From Botryllus schlosseri (Eukaryota): a stretch of DNA of 64,000 bases. Below are positions 49,271-62,152 of the stretch, one piece after another. The stretch is taken from the NCBI GenBank assembly GCA_051294905.1, contig CM119385.1, positions 18,476,001 to 18,540,000 of the forward strand, given 5' to 3'. The position numbers and the translations under genes were made by a program. Each line of letters begins with the position of its first letter. The first letter of the stretch is position 1. The notes under the pieces were generated by a model, which was not told the DNA's origin, made no database searches, and saw only the letters and a list, made by a program, of their open reading frames with translations.

Positions 49271-52200
49271 TCAAGACTGCTCAACAGTATCTGTTATATC
49301 GATAATTTCAGTTATAGAGGTCGAAGACTGATTTTCTTGTTCAGCGTTGTTGTTGGAATGCACTGAAAGACCACTGGTGGACGGCCTTTCGGTTCCGTTA
49401 GAAGCATATGGAAATGGAAATTGATTAACGGGTATCGAAGGGTTGACAGCGCCGCCACCATACAATGAAACAAATTCCGCTTGCAATTTCAAGTATTCCA
49501 TTCGCACGCGGTCGAATTCGTCCAATCTTTCTTGCCTCTGCCGTTTCAGTCGCAAATGCACCTCCATCGCAATGGCTCTCACGCTGACCTCATTGGCAGC
49601 TTTATACATAGGAGTTTGCCTGAGTCGTTTGAAAATAGTCGCGATCGGGGCAACATGGCTTTTTTCATATTGGCTGTGCATTTTAATCATCATGCTATGA
49701 AGACCGGCGAGTCTGAATGTCATGGCCTCGTATGGCGTAGGATTCTCGAGATTGAAAGTCATCGTTCCCGACGTGCCAAAAGACCAGTTTGAACCGGCAC
49801 CAGGCAGATATGGCCGCCCGGTTGTGTTTTCCAAACGAGCCCGACCACTCTTCGCAGCTTCATACTCCTCCCATGCCGATTTTCTTTCTTCCTCTGTCAG
49901 TTCCTGATCAGTTTGATGGTCCAACAGGGAGTCGTGTTCGTGATAAGACGCGATAGTATGCCTGTTACTAGGATCTGACAATATTTCCGCAAGCACTTCG
50001 TCCTTTGGAACCACCGGTAATGGCCCAGGATTGTCGGGATCGACCACAGAAGGCGTGAAAGTGTATAATTCCGCCAGAGAGCTGGACGTAAAATGCCGGT
50101 TAATTTGCTGCTCGTCCACAACTCGAAAAGCCAGCGACTGCTTGTTAACCTGTCGTTGATAAATCTTCTCTTCCATTGTGCCTTCTGCGATGAAACGGTA
50201 AATATAGCATTTCTTGGTCTGTCCGAAACGGTACACGCGGAACATGGACTGCGTATCGTGTGATGGGTTCCAGGACGCGTCGAAAATCACCACCCTGTTG
50301 GCGCCGACGAGATTAACCCCGAGACCCCCGGCTCTGGTAGAGATCAAAAATAATCGTGACCGTGTGTCATTCTCATCATTGAAAGCATTAATCCAACGTT
50401 GTCTGTAATGCCCTTGAGTAGACCCATCCATCCGAAAATAGTCAACGTTCTTATACCAACGCGTCGGCGTCAACGCGCTGTCAGAATCTTCCTCCCGGGC
50501 ATCATTTTCGGGATGAGGCGCAAAAGGTAACATGCTTTCGATCAGGTCCAGAGATATCAAACTCTGGCTGAAAACCAACAGCTTCTCCTTCCTCTCCTCT
50601 GCCATTCGCAAGATTTCGAACAGCAACACAATTTTCAAGCTGTTCTGATAATCGTCTACGCTTTGAGAGTCTTCCTTCAAGATTTTATCATACCACTGAT
50701 CTTCTTTGGGTGGCGAAAAGTTCAATTCAATGTCAGAACTGTTGTCATTATCGGAACTTTCGCTAGTCTGTTTGATGCGCCTCAGTCTGTATCTGTTTGA
50801 GGATTTTCGTCTGGTTTTCAGATGAGGGATCTTCTCGGCTTCCTCGTCGGTACTCTCAGAGCTTGCGGAGTTCTCATCTTCTGAATCCTCGTCTTTACCA
50901 TCAGAATCCTTGATTCCGGATCCAGATTCTTCAACCTCTGCTTCCGAATCGGTAGAATCGACGACAGCAGGTTTCACTTTGCGGCTCTTCCTCGACTTTC
51001 TTTTTGTTACCTCTTCTTCGTCTGTGTCAGAAGTATCGGTGAGCGCAGCTGTATTTTTAGTGACTGGAGACTCTTTTTTTGAGTCTATCACCTCAGGCAT
51101 GGATTTCACGTCATTTTCCCCCGTTTCTGCTTCATGGTCTGAAGCTTTCCAATCATTACTGGCGTCACTCTCAGAGGCGCTCTCGTCGTCGGTGATGAAA
51201 TTAGTCTCTTCTTTATGCAAGAGAATCTTATCTTTTTGCACCGAATGAAGCAAAAGGGCTTTTGGATGTGTCCACACTCGCATTAGATTTTGATAATCAC
51301 CGAAAAGCGAAGAACCTTTTCCGTGATTATTCACTGCTTTACTATCGTTGCCGCGGTTTGTGTTAGTGTCGAGGTAGTGCTGGTATAGTTTGATCTGTAA
51401 TGGTGTAAGCCGCACTTTGATGACATATTCAAATTTGGCCTCGAGGTAAGGCTTCAGGCACGAGTAATCCTTACGCTGCACGAAACCCTCGAGCATTTGA
51501 TGGAGAACGTGGGATCGTTTTTTCATGATTTTCACGTCGTAGTCTGTGGAATCAATGTGCTGTCCGTTGGTGATAGGGTTGACAAAACGATTACGGAACT
51601 CTTTTAACGAACCCAAAAGTCCAGGTTTCACAAAATTTACCATGCAATGGTACTCGATCAGATTATTTTGAAGCGGCGTTCCAGTTAACACAAGTCTACG
51701 ACGCGTTTTCATTTTATTCAACTGTTTTGAGATGTGTGTGTCTGAGTTTTTTAGCATGTGTCCTTCATCGCAAATGACTATATCGGGACCGGGATCCATT
51801 AGCGTTTCTGCAACCACTTTTTTATACCCAGAATACGTCATTCTCATTGTCATTATTCGATACATGTCATATCCCAAAATGAGGACGCCACCATTTGAGT
51901 TCCATGACTTCAAAACACCTACCCTGGCTTTGTTTGTTTTAATATCGGCGAGATTGTACAAGTCAAGTTCGTCACCGTCCTCACACCAATACGTAAACTC
52001 CTCAATCCAATTTCTTACAGTGTTCATAGGAGCAACGATCAGGGCAGTCTTGAAACCGAGTTCCTTGCATTTCAAAACAGTATGGGTGATAGTTATACTT
52101 TGCAGAGTTTTACCAAGACCCATGCAATGCGCGAGAATGCATCCACCGCCGGGAGATTCTGCGGTGTTTACCGTGTTCTCAATTAGATTGTCCCATATAA

Positions 52201-52825
52201 ATTTTACGCCTTCGATTTGATGAGGGCGAAGACTTTTGGACAAGTGCTTACTGACTGCAATACACGGGTCTTTCTGAAGGATGATGCCTGGTGTACCAGA
52301 GTCTTCTTTGGTATCGGTTTCACATGGCTCGGTCTTCTCTTTCTCCCTTAATCTTTTGAGCCTTTCCTTCTCCCTTTTTTCTGCTTCTCTCGTCTCCTCT
52401 TCGAGGTCTTCATCCTTTATTATACGAGCAATTTTTTTTCTTCCCGAAGTCTTTTTATTGCCCTTTTTCTTATTGCGTTTCTTCACGGCAGTTTTTTTCT
52501 TTGCAGTGCGTGTTCTAAGTTTTTTCTTGGCACTGCCAGCAACATCTACATCGGAGTCCGTTGATTGGTGATTCTTTTGTTCATTATTTTCATCTTCCGA
52601 TGTGTCAGTATTTTCATTTGTTGATTCAGATTCGTCCGATTGTGACTCGACACTTTGTTTAGCTTTGCCTTTTTGTTTTTTCCTACTATTAAAATCATCT
52701 TGATCGGTTGTTACATCTTCATCTTCCGTGTCCGTAGTCGACGACTCTACATAGCTAATTTTTTTTCTTTTACTCCTTGGGGCGTCATTGGAAGTCTTCC
52801 TCTTGGACCGTCGAAGACCGCTCAT
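49271..52825 (-). CDS. ATRX: ATRX-type SNF2 chromatin remodeller without ADD domain, single ORF, 1184 aa
   Basis: GCILAHCMGLGKTLQ, PGPDIVICDEGH, LTGTPLQNNLIEYHCMVNFVKPGLLG, FRNRFVNPITNGQ, acidic insert between the lobes, ASWNPSHD.QS.FRVYRFGQ, EEKIYQRQVNKQSLAFRVVDEQQ are ATRX-subfamily motifs. Confidence 0.92.
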   Translation of the reverse strand: MSGLRRSKRKTSNDAPRSKRKKISYVESSTTDTEDEDVTTDQDDFNSRKKQKGKAKQSVESQSDESESTNENTDTSEDENNEQKNHQSTDSDVDVAGSAKKKLRTRTAKKKTAVKKRNKKKGNKKTSGRKKIARIIKDEDLEEETREAEKREKERLKRLREKEKTEPCETDTKEDSGTPGIILQKDPCIAVSKHLSKSLRPHQIEGVKFIWDNLIENTVNTAESPGGGCILAHCMGLGKTLQSITITHTVLKCKELGFKTALIVAPMNTVRNWIEEFTYWCEDGDELDLYNLADIKTNKARVGVLKSWNSNGGVLILGYDMYRIMTMRMTYSGYKKVVAETLMDPGPDIVICDEGHMLKNSDTHISKQLNKMKTRRRLVLTGTPLQNNLIEYHCMVNFVKPGLLGSLKEFRNRFVNPITNGQHIDSTDYDVKIMKKRSHVLHQMLEGFVQRKDYSCLKPYLEAKFEYVIKVRLTPLQIKLYQHYLDTNTNRGNDSKAVNNHGKGSSLFGDYQNLMRVWTHPKALLLHSVQKDKILLHKEETNFITDDESASESDASNDWKASDHEAETGENDVKSMPEVIDSKKESPVTKNTAALTDTSDTDEEEVTKRKSRKSRKVKPAVVDSTDSEAEVEESGSGIKDSDGKDEDSEDENSASSESTDEEAEKIPHLKTRRKSSNRYRLRRIKQTSESSDNDNSSDIELNFSPPKEDQWYDKILKEDSQSVDDYQNSLKIVLLFEILRMAEERKEKLLVFSQSLISLDLIESMLPFAPHPENDAREEDSDSALTPTRWYKNVDYFRMDGSTQGHYRQRWINAFNDENDTRSRLFLISTRAGGLGVNLVGANRVVIFDASWNPSHDTQSMFRVYRFGQTKKCYIYRFIAEGTMEEKIYQRQVNKQSLAFRVVDEQQINRHFTSSSLAELYTFTPSVVDPDNPGPLPVVPKDEVLAEILSDPSNRHTIASYHEHDSLLDHQTDQELTEEERKSAWEEYEAAKSGRARLENTTGRPYLPGAGSNWSFGTSGTMTFNLENPTPYEAMTFRLAGLHSMMIKMHSQYEKSHVAPIATIFKRLRQTPMYKAANEVSVRAIAMEVHLRLKRQRQERLDEFDRVRMEYLKLQAEFVSLYGGGAVNPSIPVNQFPFPYASNGTERPSTSGLSVHSNNNAEQENQSSTSITEIIDITDTVEQS

Positions 52826-53507
52826 ATCATAAAAGTCGTATATTTCTATGAAAATATGATTTCCTCACTTTACAATGACACAATCACTTTATATGGAGGG
52901 GTACTCCCTAAAAAATAGTGCAAATTCGGCAGCATTCACCCCTGTTCACAATACATGTCAAACAAAAACGTACAGATAAGCTTCCTCCGAAGTCACCATT
53001 TCCTGTGAGCCGTGTTCTCGTTTCTTCAATTCAGCTTAATCATGAAAATGCTAATGCTGAGTCATTGTTAGAACTAGACGTGTCCTATGATTTTACGAAA
53101 TTTCAAAAGGTAGTTTTAAAAAAACAAGTATTAGAGAGGGCTTCGCTTCTATATTAATCAGAATGTGCATCATTTGGAAGCGCTAAAAGCTCTTGGTTGT
53201 TATTTTTCAATTGATACCGAAATATGCTCTGTGACGGAAGTGATATGCATCAACGAACAAGGCGGATAGTCGACAGTCGGCATTTCCACAAACCGCCTTC
53301 CTTGATGATATGATTCCACGGTATATTGTAACTGACAAGATGATCTAGTGCCCTTATGATGCCGAAATTATAACCCAGAAGTGTTCTGTAGTAACGGACT
53401 TCTTGCGCTATCTGATAGTCAGTTCCTAATAGTCCGTACAACGGGTATCGAATAAGTTACGCAAAATTTGGTCGCTAGTGGGCGACTGCACTCTGCAAAT
53501 TTTGAAC

Positions 53508-53897
53508 GGTGTCCGGTCAATACCGAGAATGCTATTACCGAGAAGGACAGTACCGAGAATGGACATTACCGAGAATGGACAATACCAAGAATGGACATTG
53601 CCGAGAATGGACACCACCGAGAATGGACATTACCGAGAATGCAATATATGCAATGCAGGCATGTTATGCATATGAACAGATCGTGTGTGTGCATCACGGC
53701 GTTGCCACATTCGGTATCGATTCTCAGGTATAAATTTCTCGACAACGTCCGTTACATTAAGCTAGATTCTTGGCATTGGCCATTCTCGGTAATGTCCATT
53801 CTCGGTAATGTCCGTTCTCGGTAATGTCCATTCTTGGTAATAGCATTCTCGGTAATGTCCATCTCGGTAATAGCATTCTCGGTAATAGTATGGAACC
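53508..53897. mobile_element. foldback/MULE-like MITE with 16-bp tandem-repeat arms
   Basis: Perfect 9-bp TSD ATTTTGAAC (53499-53507 and 53898-53906); left arm repeats ATTACCGAGAATGGAC, right arm repeats its complement. Confidence 0.88.
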
Positions 53898-55296
53898 ATT
53901 TTGAACATGCCTGATCTTTTTTATTTAATCTCTAGTTTAGAGGAGTAACCATGGGGTACGGGTCCGATCGATTTTTTTCAATTTTCAATCTTTACTTTAA
54001 GACGACGCGAGCGAGATTTGGTGTAAAAATGATATTGGCATCTATAACTCTCGAATTGAGAATAAATTCAATCGCGAAACTTGTAGAGCATAATTTTGAG
54101 GTGATTGGCTATATTTTTCCATTGACCTTTGTGGTATTTTGCAGAATGATTGTCGTTTTGCGCCCCAAGTTTGAAGAATGGCTTGTCCAACTCTCCACCT
54201 TTGGTCTGTCAATTGCATTTGAGGTCTGCTCCAGACTTTTGAAGCGTCAATATGTCTACCACTGATAAAAATTGCTAATAAACCGAACCACGTCATTGGG
54301 ATAGGTTTATGATATCATTTGTAGAAGTTCGCGTAGATTATGAGGATTTTTGTATTACATTGTTAAAATGTTATTTCCTACATATTGTGCATGTAGTTGA
54401 CGTACAGTGCGTGCTGTCTTCTGTGTTCGCCTTGAAATAATCTGGAACATGGTAGCTAACTATAAATCTCTATTGAGAGTATACTAGGCCTAACCGTGTC
54501 TAATATAACCTAGTTCTTAATATGCTCGTTTTAGATACGGCTTTGTTTTGATCTTCACGATTATTCATTCGACAGTATTATGCGTGACATCCCTGCTGGT
54601 AGTATGATACTTCGCTCGCTGTATGAACTGAACAATGAACTGATTCGCTGTAAATCTCTGCTGCGTGAATTAAACTGATATTATCAGGCCGTAGACTGCA
54701 CGGAACATGATTCAGAAAGTTTTTCGTACCACACTATAGTAGCCTACGTACCGTACCGCGTAAGACAAAATGATCGCAGTCTAATTTTTTTACGTTCATT
54801 GGACCACGTAATAATGCACATTTTTGGGTTTTCCGAGTACGGTTCAATTGAATTCAATTTTAAGTCTGCGACACAGCGTTGTCGTGATGTATTATTAGCA
54901 TTGCATTTACATTCCAATTTTATATATACGTTTCCCAATATATGAAACAAGATTCCCCGAGTTGTGTAGAAGTCATTCGTTTTCGATTGAAAAATGTCTT
55001 CATATTGAAATAAACTCGAATATGCTCGGCCGATACTTGCAAGTTGTAATCGTGTATCCCATAACCTCAAAATTAGGATGCTGATGACTAAAAAACGGTC
55101 ATGACTTCCGCTCTCTTTCTCATAAAATTAATCGTGGCGGCCTCATATTGTTGCCATGTATAGCCACTGGTTGTTTCGTAAAAACGTCTACTACATACGA
55201 TTGTGACCTGTGGCGAGCCTTGGAAATGATTAAGTTATAGTAGTGAAGGTCAATTTAGTTACAACATTGGTCTGGGGCCTACGATTGGACTTTCTC

Positions 55297-55575
55297 ATCA
55301 TCATTGGTTTATTAGCAATTTTTATCAGTTCAATACACCACAAAAATGCGATACAATGAAAAGATAGGAAGGTGTCGAAGCGACTTGGAGTAGTCTGAAT
55401 CAGATACCCACCCTGGCCAAGGCGATGTAAAGAGGAGGCATGCACACTGAATGAAAAGTAAAGAAGATAGTAAAGAAAAAGGAAAGCGACAAGAAATGGG
55501 CGTCATGTCATGGGAAGCGAGATCGATAGGTCGGTCGTGGTCCAGTAATCTTGAGGGTGGACTAGTATTTCATTG
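55297..55575 (-). mobile_element. CR1/L2-type LINE 3' UTR fragment
   Basis: Reverse complement of the shared 3' UTR with a short (ATG)n tail. Confidence 0.75.
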
Positions 55576-56694
55576 ACTCCTTAAAATAAAGTCCGTGGAC
55601 CACGGGTTCGTGAACCCCATGTTGAAAACCCCTGCGCTATTGAGGTCACTAAGGAAGAATTCATGGTATTCAAAATAAATTTAATTGCATCAATCACGCG
55701 AGAGAGAACATCCTCGATTACAAGCTCACTATTGTATCAGCCGCCATATGATAGTGTTACCGTACGTCCTCTGAGATAGGCTACATATCAGTACTCAGTA
55801 CTCAAGTAACTTTATTTTTAGTCAACCAACGGAGAATTCAACAAAAGTGTATTTTTTGCGGGTCGAGTCGAAAAAATGGCCTTTTTTAGTCAACCAACCA
55901 CAAAGTTGGGAAAATTACCATTTATCTCTTTCTTAATTTATTCCAAGATATGGTAGCCCTACGTAACTGTCGCACCTAAATCCCCAATTGGGAGGGGGGT
56001 ACTCGAAGGAAGCCCAAAAGTATTTCATGAGCTTCTTGGGGGTACAAACGCAATTGCTATTTTATTGACTGAATTCAGCCATGAATTTGACTTTTTTCGT
56101 GCATCGTGCGACTAGACCAACGCCAGTTCCCTTACCACCGATAACACGGACAATACCGTGGTGATAACGCACGCCGTGAAAATGGGTCTAGGGGGCGAAG
56201 CGACGCCCCTACGTAGTTTGGTATATCATAGGGTTGCCATACGTCCGGAACTTTCCGGACATGTCCGTAATTTCACTGTTCTAACTGCATCCGGGAGGAA
56301 ATTTTAAAACATGCCTAAATGTCCAGAATTTTGAAGGCTTTGAAGTAGGCTCATAATTGTTTCGTAAATCAAAATAAATAATATTATTTTTAGCCAGATT
56401 CATGGTACATGAAATTTTCTTCGCGCTGGACTAGGCGATTTAGTGTCACCATACTGTCCTTGTCCTATGTAGTGAGGACACAAGCAAATATCACGGCTCA
56501 TTTGGTCTGCGGCATACTTTTCATTTGGGTAAAGGCAATTTGATGGTCATGGTCATTTTTGACCGGCTTGCCTAGCGCGAAATTTGATAAAACTGGTATC
56601 AATCAAACGCTACCGCGGTACTGATCGTGAAAATAAAAATTTTATTCTGCTCATGGTACTGGAGCATCCCAGAATCAGCCTGGAATGTTGCATC

Positions 56695-57160
56695 AATCTG
56701 TTTTATTAATATTTTCGTCGTTTCAAAACACCACAAAATTGCGATACAATGAAAAGATAGGAAGGTGTCGAAACAACTTGAAATAGTCTTCAAGATCAGA
56801 CACCCATCTTGGCCTAGCTAGGCGAAGTAAAGAAGAGGCATGCACGCACACTGAATGAAAAGTAATGCAGAGAATATGAGACGCAAGCGACAAAATGAGG
56901 TGGCATGTGGCGGAAGGCGAGGTCGATGTTAGGTCCTTGTCCGGGAATCTTGAAGGCTGGCTATAGTATTCATTTACAAGAAATTGCTTGTGTTTCGACT
57001 TGAATGCGGACATGCTCGACGACTGTCGGATAGCCGGCGAGATGCTGTTCCACAATTGGGGTCCGGCATACTTGATAGAGCAATGCGTTTTCTTGTGTTC
57101 CGTCCTGTGTATTGTTCGCTGCGATGTCGTTGTACTTGTAACAAAGCGGAATTTCACATT
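56695..57160 (-). mobile_element. CR1/L2-type LINE 3' fragment with ORF2 C-terminus
   Basis: HCSIKYAGPQLWNSISPAIRQSSSMSAFKSKHKQFL is the typical CR1/L2-clade ORF2 tail (GP.LWN.LP..IR....FK.KLK.FL), followed by the shared UTR. Confidence 0.85.
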
Positions 57161-57306
57161 CCACGCCGATTTTGAGGTGTTCTACTACCCTGACCTTTTT
57201 ATTATTTGGATATTCGGGACCATCGCGACAATATTAGCATAATAGCATCGCGACGATATAGCAATAAACTTTGTGATGAATTACGTCATGACAGGTGGGG
57301 CTTGAC

Positions 57307-58673
57307 CAGAGGTGGTCAGTAACGAAGTACTTCTACTTTTTCGAATACTTCTACTTTTTCGAAGTACTCAAGTAGTTTTCCTCTACTTCTGGTACTTACT
57401 CAAGTAGATCTGATTTTCGCTACTTCTACTTCTACTTCATAATATTTTGTGATCTACTTACTTACTTTTCGCTATTTTCAGTTTGTCATGTAGAAGTAGT
57501 TCAATCTTCCAATCAGGAAGATAGCCTGAGGAATTTCGGGGCTGTTTTCACGGAGTATCAACATTTAACTTTCATAAAAGTAGAGTAAAGCCCAGAATTT
57601 TCGTCGCCCTTTCCGCGCAGTGGATATACGGCGTTACCAGTATGATTTCACGAAAGTATCGATACGGTAAATATAATTTAGGTAGCGGCTTGGCGTTGTT
57701 CCGTTCACACAGGGATATCTAGAACTAGATATCTAGATATCCCTGTGTTCGCACCTCATTATTGTCGCCCTTCGCCCATATGAAATAATTCATCGCAGTA
57801 TATATGGCTCATCATAACGTTTGAAACTGATGTTTCGCAATCTAGCATTTACTTGTCATATCGTAATTTAGCATGTCCATGGCGCGTCCTAACCTGGAAA
57901 AGTAGACTCTGACAGTTTTTTTAGTTTTAGAAGTGTTTTAGCATACCACCTTTGAAACTTTCTGGACTAAAGGCATGAAAAACGTGTTCCACTTTTAGAA
58001 CTAGTATTTATGTTCCATTTTCAATTCCCAGTATCATATACTTTGAGTTATAATTGATATAAGTTCTTTAGTCTGGATAACATACATGTTGAAGTATAAA
58101 AGCAAGTGTAGTAATGCCTTTAATTTACGGAAATAAAGCTACACAATATCGCATTTTTACGGTCCACCATATTTATATTAACCTTTACTAATCGTGCAAA
58201 GTGTTTACATCGTATTTTATACAACTTCTCCGTATTGCTCTTCGACTAAACTACGGACCTTATAATATGGGGGATGGCGCCAAACCATGCTATTTTCTAA
58301 AACGTGCTGTTGGAGAAAACAGGATAAGTATCGCATTTCCAAATCAATCCTATCATTTTCATCCCATGATGTGGACGAATGCTTATGATATCGAAAATTG
58401 GTTACCTGCTGGTATGCATCAATATGAATCAAGCTCGTCACCTTTCGCATAGCTCAATTTGCACCTTTATACAATCCATGTGAACAAATTAGGATCGTTT
58501 TCACAACTACTTACTTACTTGAGTACTTTTACAGTCAGTTAATTCTACTTCTACTTCAAGTAGTTTTAGGTTGCTTGTGAAAGAAGTACTTCTACTCGTA
58601 CTTGAGTAGATTTTTTTCGTCGCTACTTCTACTTCTACTTGAGTAGCTTTCTTGACTACTTTGACCACCACTG
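57307..58673. mobile_element. non-autonomous hAT element, inverted copy of 282-1537
   Basis: Termini CAGAGGTGGTCA / TGACCACCACTG, perfect TSD GGCTTGAC (57299-57306 and 58674-58681). Confidence 0.9.
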
Positions 58674-59512
58674 GGCTTGACTCGTCTGTGCTCCAACTTG
58701 AATTGTTTCATTACGTTGCCATTGTACGCAACGAAGTCGAACTTCACGTTTCTTGACGATTTTGAGTTTTTTGGTGATGCGATATCATTATATTATTTGG
58801 ATTTTTGGAAGCAGTGTGCAACAGCATTCGAATAATTTCTGAGCTGTTCATGATTAATTGCGCTCAGATATATATCGCATGCAGGGCAGGTGCGGCCTGG
58901 CTCGTCTGTGCCTCACCTCACCTTTCGCTCTATATACATTTGAACAATAAATGTACAAATTGCGTAATTTTAGGTCTAAAAACGTTCAAAGTTAGCCATT
59001 CATGAACAACGCTACAAAATACCCGTAATCATTGCATACGCTTCACAATTTTGTTCTACTTATCAGACCACAGGAGATCGAGGCACTGCGTCACTTGCCT
59101 CTCTTTTGACCGCACATCACTGAATCTCATAGAATCATGGAAGTGACAAAATGAACATATTCCTAGTCATTGTGATATATCCACACTCGACAGAGGCAGG
59201 GCCGAAACAGCACTTCGTCAGCCCCCCCCCCCCCCAAAAAAAAAACGTTGTTCTTGGGCCCTTATAGGGTGATAAATCAAATTTTATGGCAGGTGGCTCA
59301 TTTCCTTTTCTAATCGCTGGATTGATCAATCCGAGGATTGGCTGTTAACTCATGATACTCGTTTTTCCGGCCTCGGACTCGACCTTTATTCTTCATGCAG
59401 GACATGGTATGGTATGGAATGGGAATCTTCCATACTCCATACCTGCCCAATCGTTCCATACTATACTTGACAATTCTCCATACCATAGCAACTTTCTTCC
59501 ATACCATATTTG

Positions 59513-59770
59513 CAGAGGTGGTCAGTAACGAAGTACTTCTACTTTTTGAAGTACTTGAAGTAGATTTTGCCTACTCACACAACTTTTTAAGTATAGCTAT
59601 GATTTTAGACTACTTCTACCTCTACTTGACAGTTTTCAGTTTTGTAGGCAAAAATAAGCGTAGAATACCTACTTACTTACTTGTGAACCACCACTTCTAC
59701 TTGAGTAGAAATTACGGCGTTACTTCTACTTCTACTTGAGTATCGACGGTGACTACTTTGACCACCTCTG
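59513..59770. mobile_element. 258-bp MITE of the CAGAGGTGGTCA family
   Basis: TIR CAGAGGTGGTCA / TGACCACCTCTG, perfect TSD CATATTTG (59505-59512 and 59771-59778). Confidence 0.92.
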
Positions 59771-61689
59771 CATATTTGATACTTTTTCCATACTTTCGCA
59801 ACTCACCCAACCTATCAAAGGATTTTCTGTTTTTGAAGTGTGGAAATGTTTTGGCGTTTATATTCTAATTATTTTGAATGAAATTATCCATTTAAACGGC
59901 CCTGATGCAGGGTTGTAATGACTTGCGTCACGATTTTCTGGTGACTCGATTTAACTCGAGTCATTTTTTCAAATGCGCAAAATGACTCGACTCGACTCGA
60001 GTCAATTTGTGGATTGACTTGTCCTGTCTGACTGTCCTGTCCTGACTGTCCAAGTCATATGACTCGAGACTAGGACGGCCAAGACAGACATTCCATTGTA
60101 ACTTCGAAGAATAGTAGTTGTCACCATATCAGTCACCATATTTTTGGTATTTCGTCTATCAGTCCTGATACTTGGAAAATAGGGCCAGAAACTGTTGGGA
60201 CGGAGGAATGCGAGCCATTCTATATCACTCAAGCAGAGTTGAAAAACGCGATTTGAACTGGGTTGAACTCAAAACTGAACAGAGAACGTAATGACTTGGA
60301 CTCGACTCGAGTCACTCACAACACTATGACTCAGACTCGACCCTCTACTCACTGACTTGGACTCGAACTTGACTCGGTGGTGAATTGAAAATGACTCGAC
60401 TTGACTCGAGTCAAAACTATAAAAGTAAGATTATTTGGAAATTACAACAGAATCTCACGTCATCTAAATCTACTGTGGTAACGCACTGCTAGCAGTAACA
60501 TCATCTAAAAAATTATACAAAACAAAGATATTGTCAATTTATAAGATAGGTTCACACCCTTTTTTCTTTTCTCACCACAACCTGAAATCGATATTTCTAC
60601 TCTTTAAAATGCTCCTCCAATAAAACTTGATAAGACTATGTTTTGTAAAGACTTGCTATTGGTGAGAGTTAAAAGACACCCATCATGGAACAGCACGCAA
60701 TAAAATTTATGAGCAATGAACTGGTAACCGTAAACGCAATGTTGCGCCTACGTAAAATGTCAGTAACGAGTCCGGCTATGCTATCAATTAGTGATTCCAC
60801 GATCTTCCCTGAATACATATTCATCATATACATATGAACTTTTATTATAACGAATCAGGTGATTTCAATCACACCATTTCGCATACGAATGAATAACAAC
60901 CTATATGAGGGAGATCGCGTGCCGCTGTCCAATCGATTCTCGCTAATTGGAGGCACTGATAACACGAATTGCTGAATAGCAAATGAGCTAAGAAATACTA
61001 GAGATGCAATCGGCATTTCATACAGACGTTTAATAAACGAGTGTCAGCCGAAGATACTCGGGTTCATTTCAATATAAATATACTAATCAATTGTATATTG
61101 AGGTTAATAAGGTAAAGAATTTTTTTCAAAGTGAGTCTATTCCCAACCATAGAAGACCCTAAATTCCCCACAGTTGTGTAACTCCCTACTGGTTGGATAC
61201 ACTTGCATTAAAATATATCATAAAATGTAATTTTACATCATTTTGCGACAGCTGATAAAATGTTCATTTCCCCCGCCAATCTGGGGGTTACACTCATTAG
61301 CTTCATTAACCAACATCAGGGTGTTCACTGTCCATTATATCTGAAATAACCAGATTTCATGAAGTTACAATGCGTGTTGTAGGCCGGCATATCGTAACGT
61401 CGCTCCAAGGCAAGCTACATATTTTTAAATTGCAATGATATTGCGTGATGATCATCCTCCCAAAGCGCCGAACATTATTTCCAAGTTCAACAAATTGATA
61501 AAAATATTCATGTAACTTCTGCACTCTCAGAGTCTACGATTTTAATACTCGTTTTGGTTGTTTACGTAGTGGAAGTTACGATAAGAGAAATGCAATTTGT
61601 AACGCGACAACGGTCGAATATATATCAGTTTCACTGCGGTCGTTGCCCCGAATATTTCAATGACTTCTTTACCTCTGAATCAAAAGCGC

Positions 61690-62152
61690 ACAAGTAGGCT
61701 ACAACACACGCGCGTCCACGTCGTCCAAATATCATATGATCGACCGAAAAGATCATCGCTCCATCAAATATGCCGGACCTGATGTGTGGAACGGTATCCC
61801 GCCGGTCATCAGACAGTCGACGAGCATGTCCACATTCAAGTCGAAATACAAACAATTACTACTAAATAAATACAGTCCATCCTCAAGATTACCGGACCAC
61901 GACTGACCTACCGATCTCGCTTCCCATGACATGCCGCCCTATTTCTTGTCGCATTCTTTTTCTATACTATCTTCTTTACTTTCATTCAGTGTGCATGCCT
62001 CCTCTTTACATCGCCTAGGCCAAGGTGGGTGTCAGATTCCATAGACTACTCCTTGTCGCTTCGACATCTTCCTGTCCTTTCATTGTATCGCATTTTTTGT
62101 GGTGTATTGAACTGATAAAATTGCTAATAAACCAATGATGATGATGATGATG
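61690..62152 (+). mobile_element. CR1/L2-type LINE 3' fragment with (ATG)n tail
   Basis: ORF2 tail (SIKYAGPDVWNGIPPVIRQSTSMSTFKSKYKQLL), shared UTR, then AATAAACCAATGATGATGATGATGATG. Left boundary approximate. Confidence 0.82.

Noticed and set aside
56190-56216. Helitron-like 3' hairpin (AGGGGGCG...CGCCCCT)
   Set aside because: Followed by ACGTAG rather than CTRR, with no 5' TC end identified.
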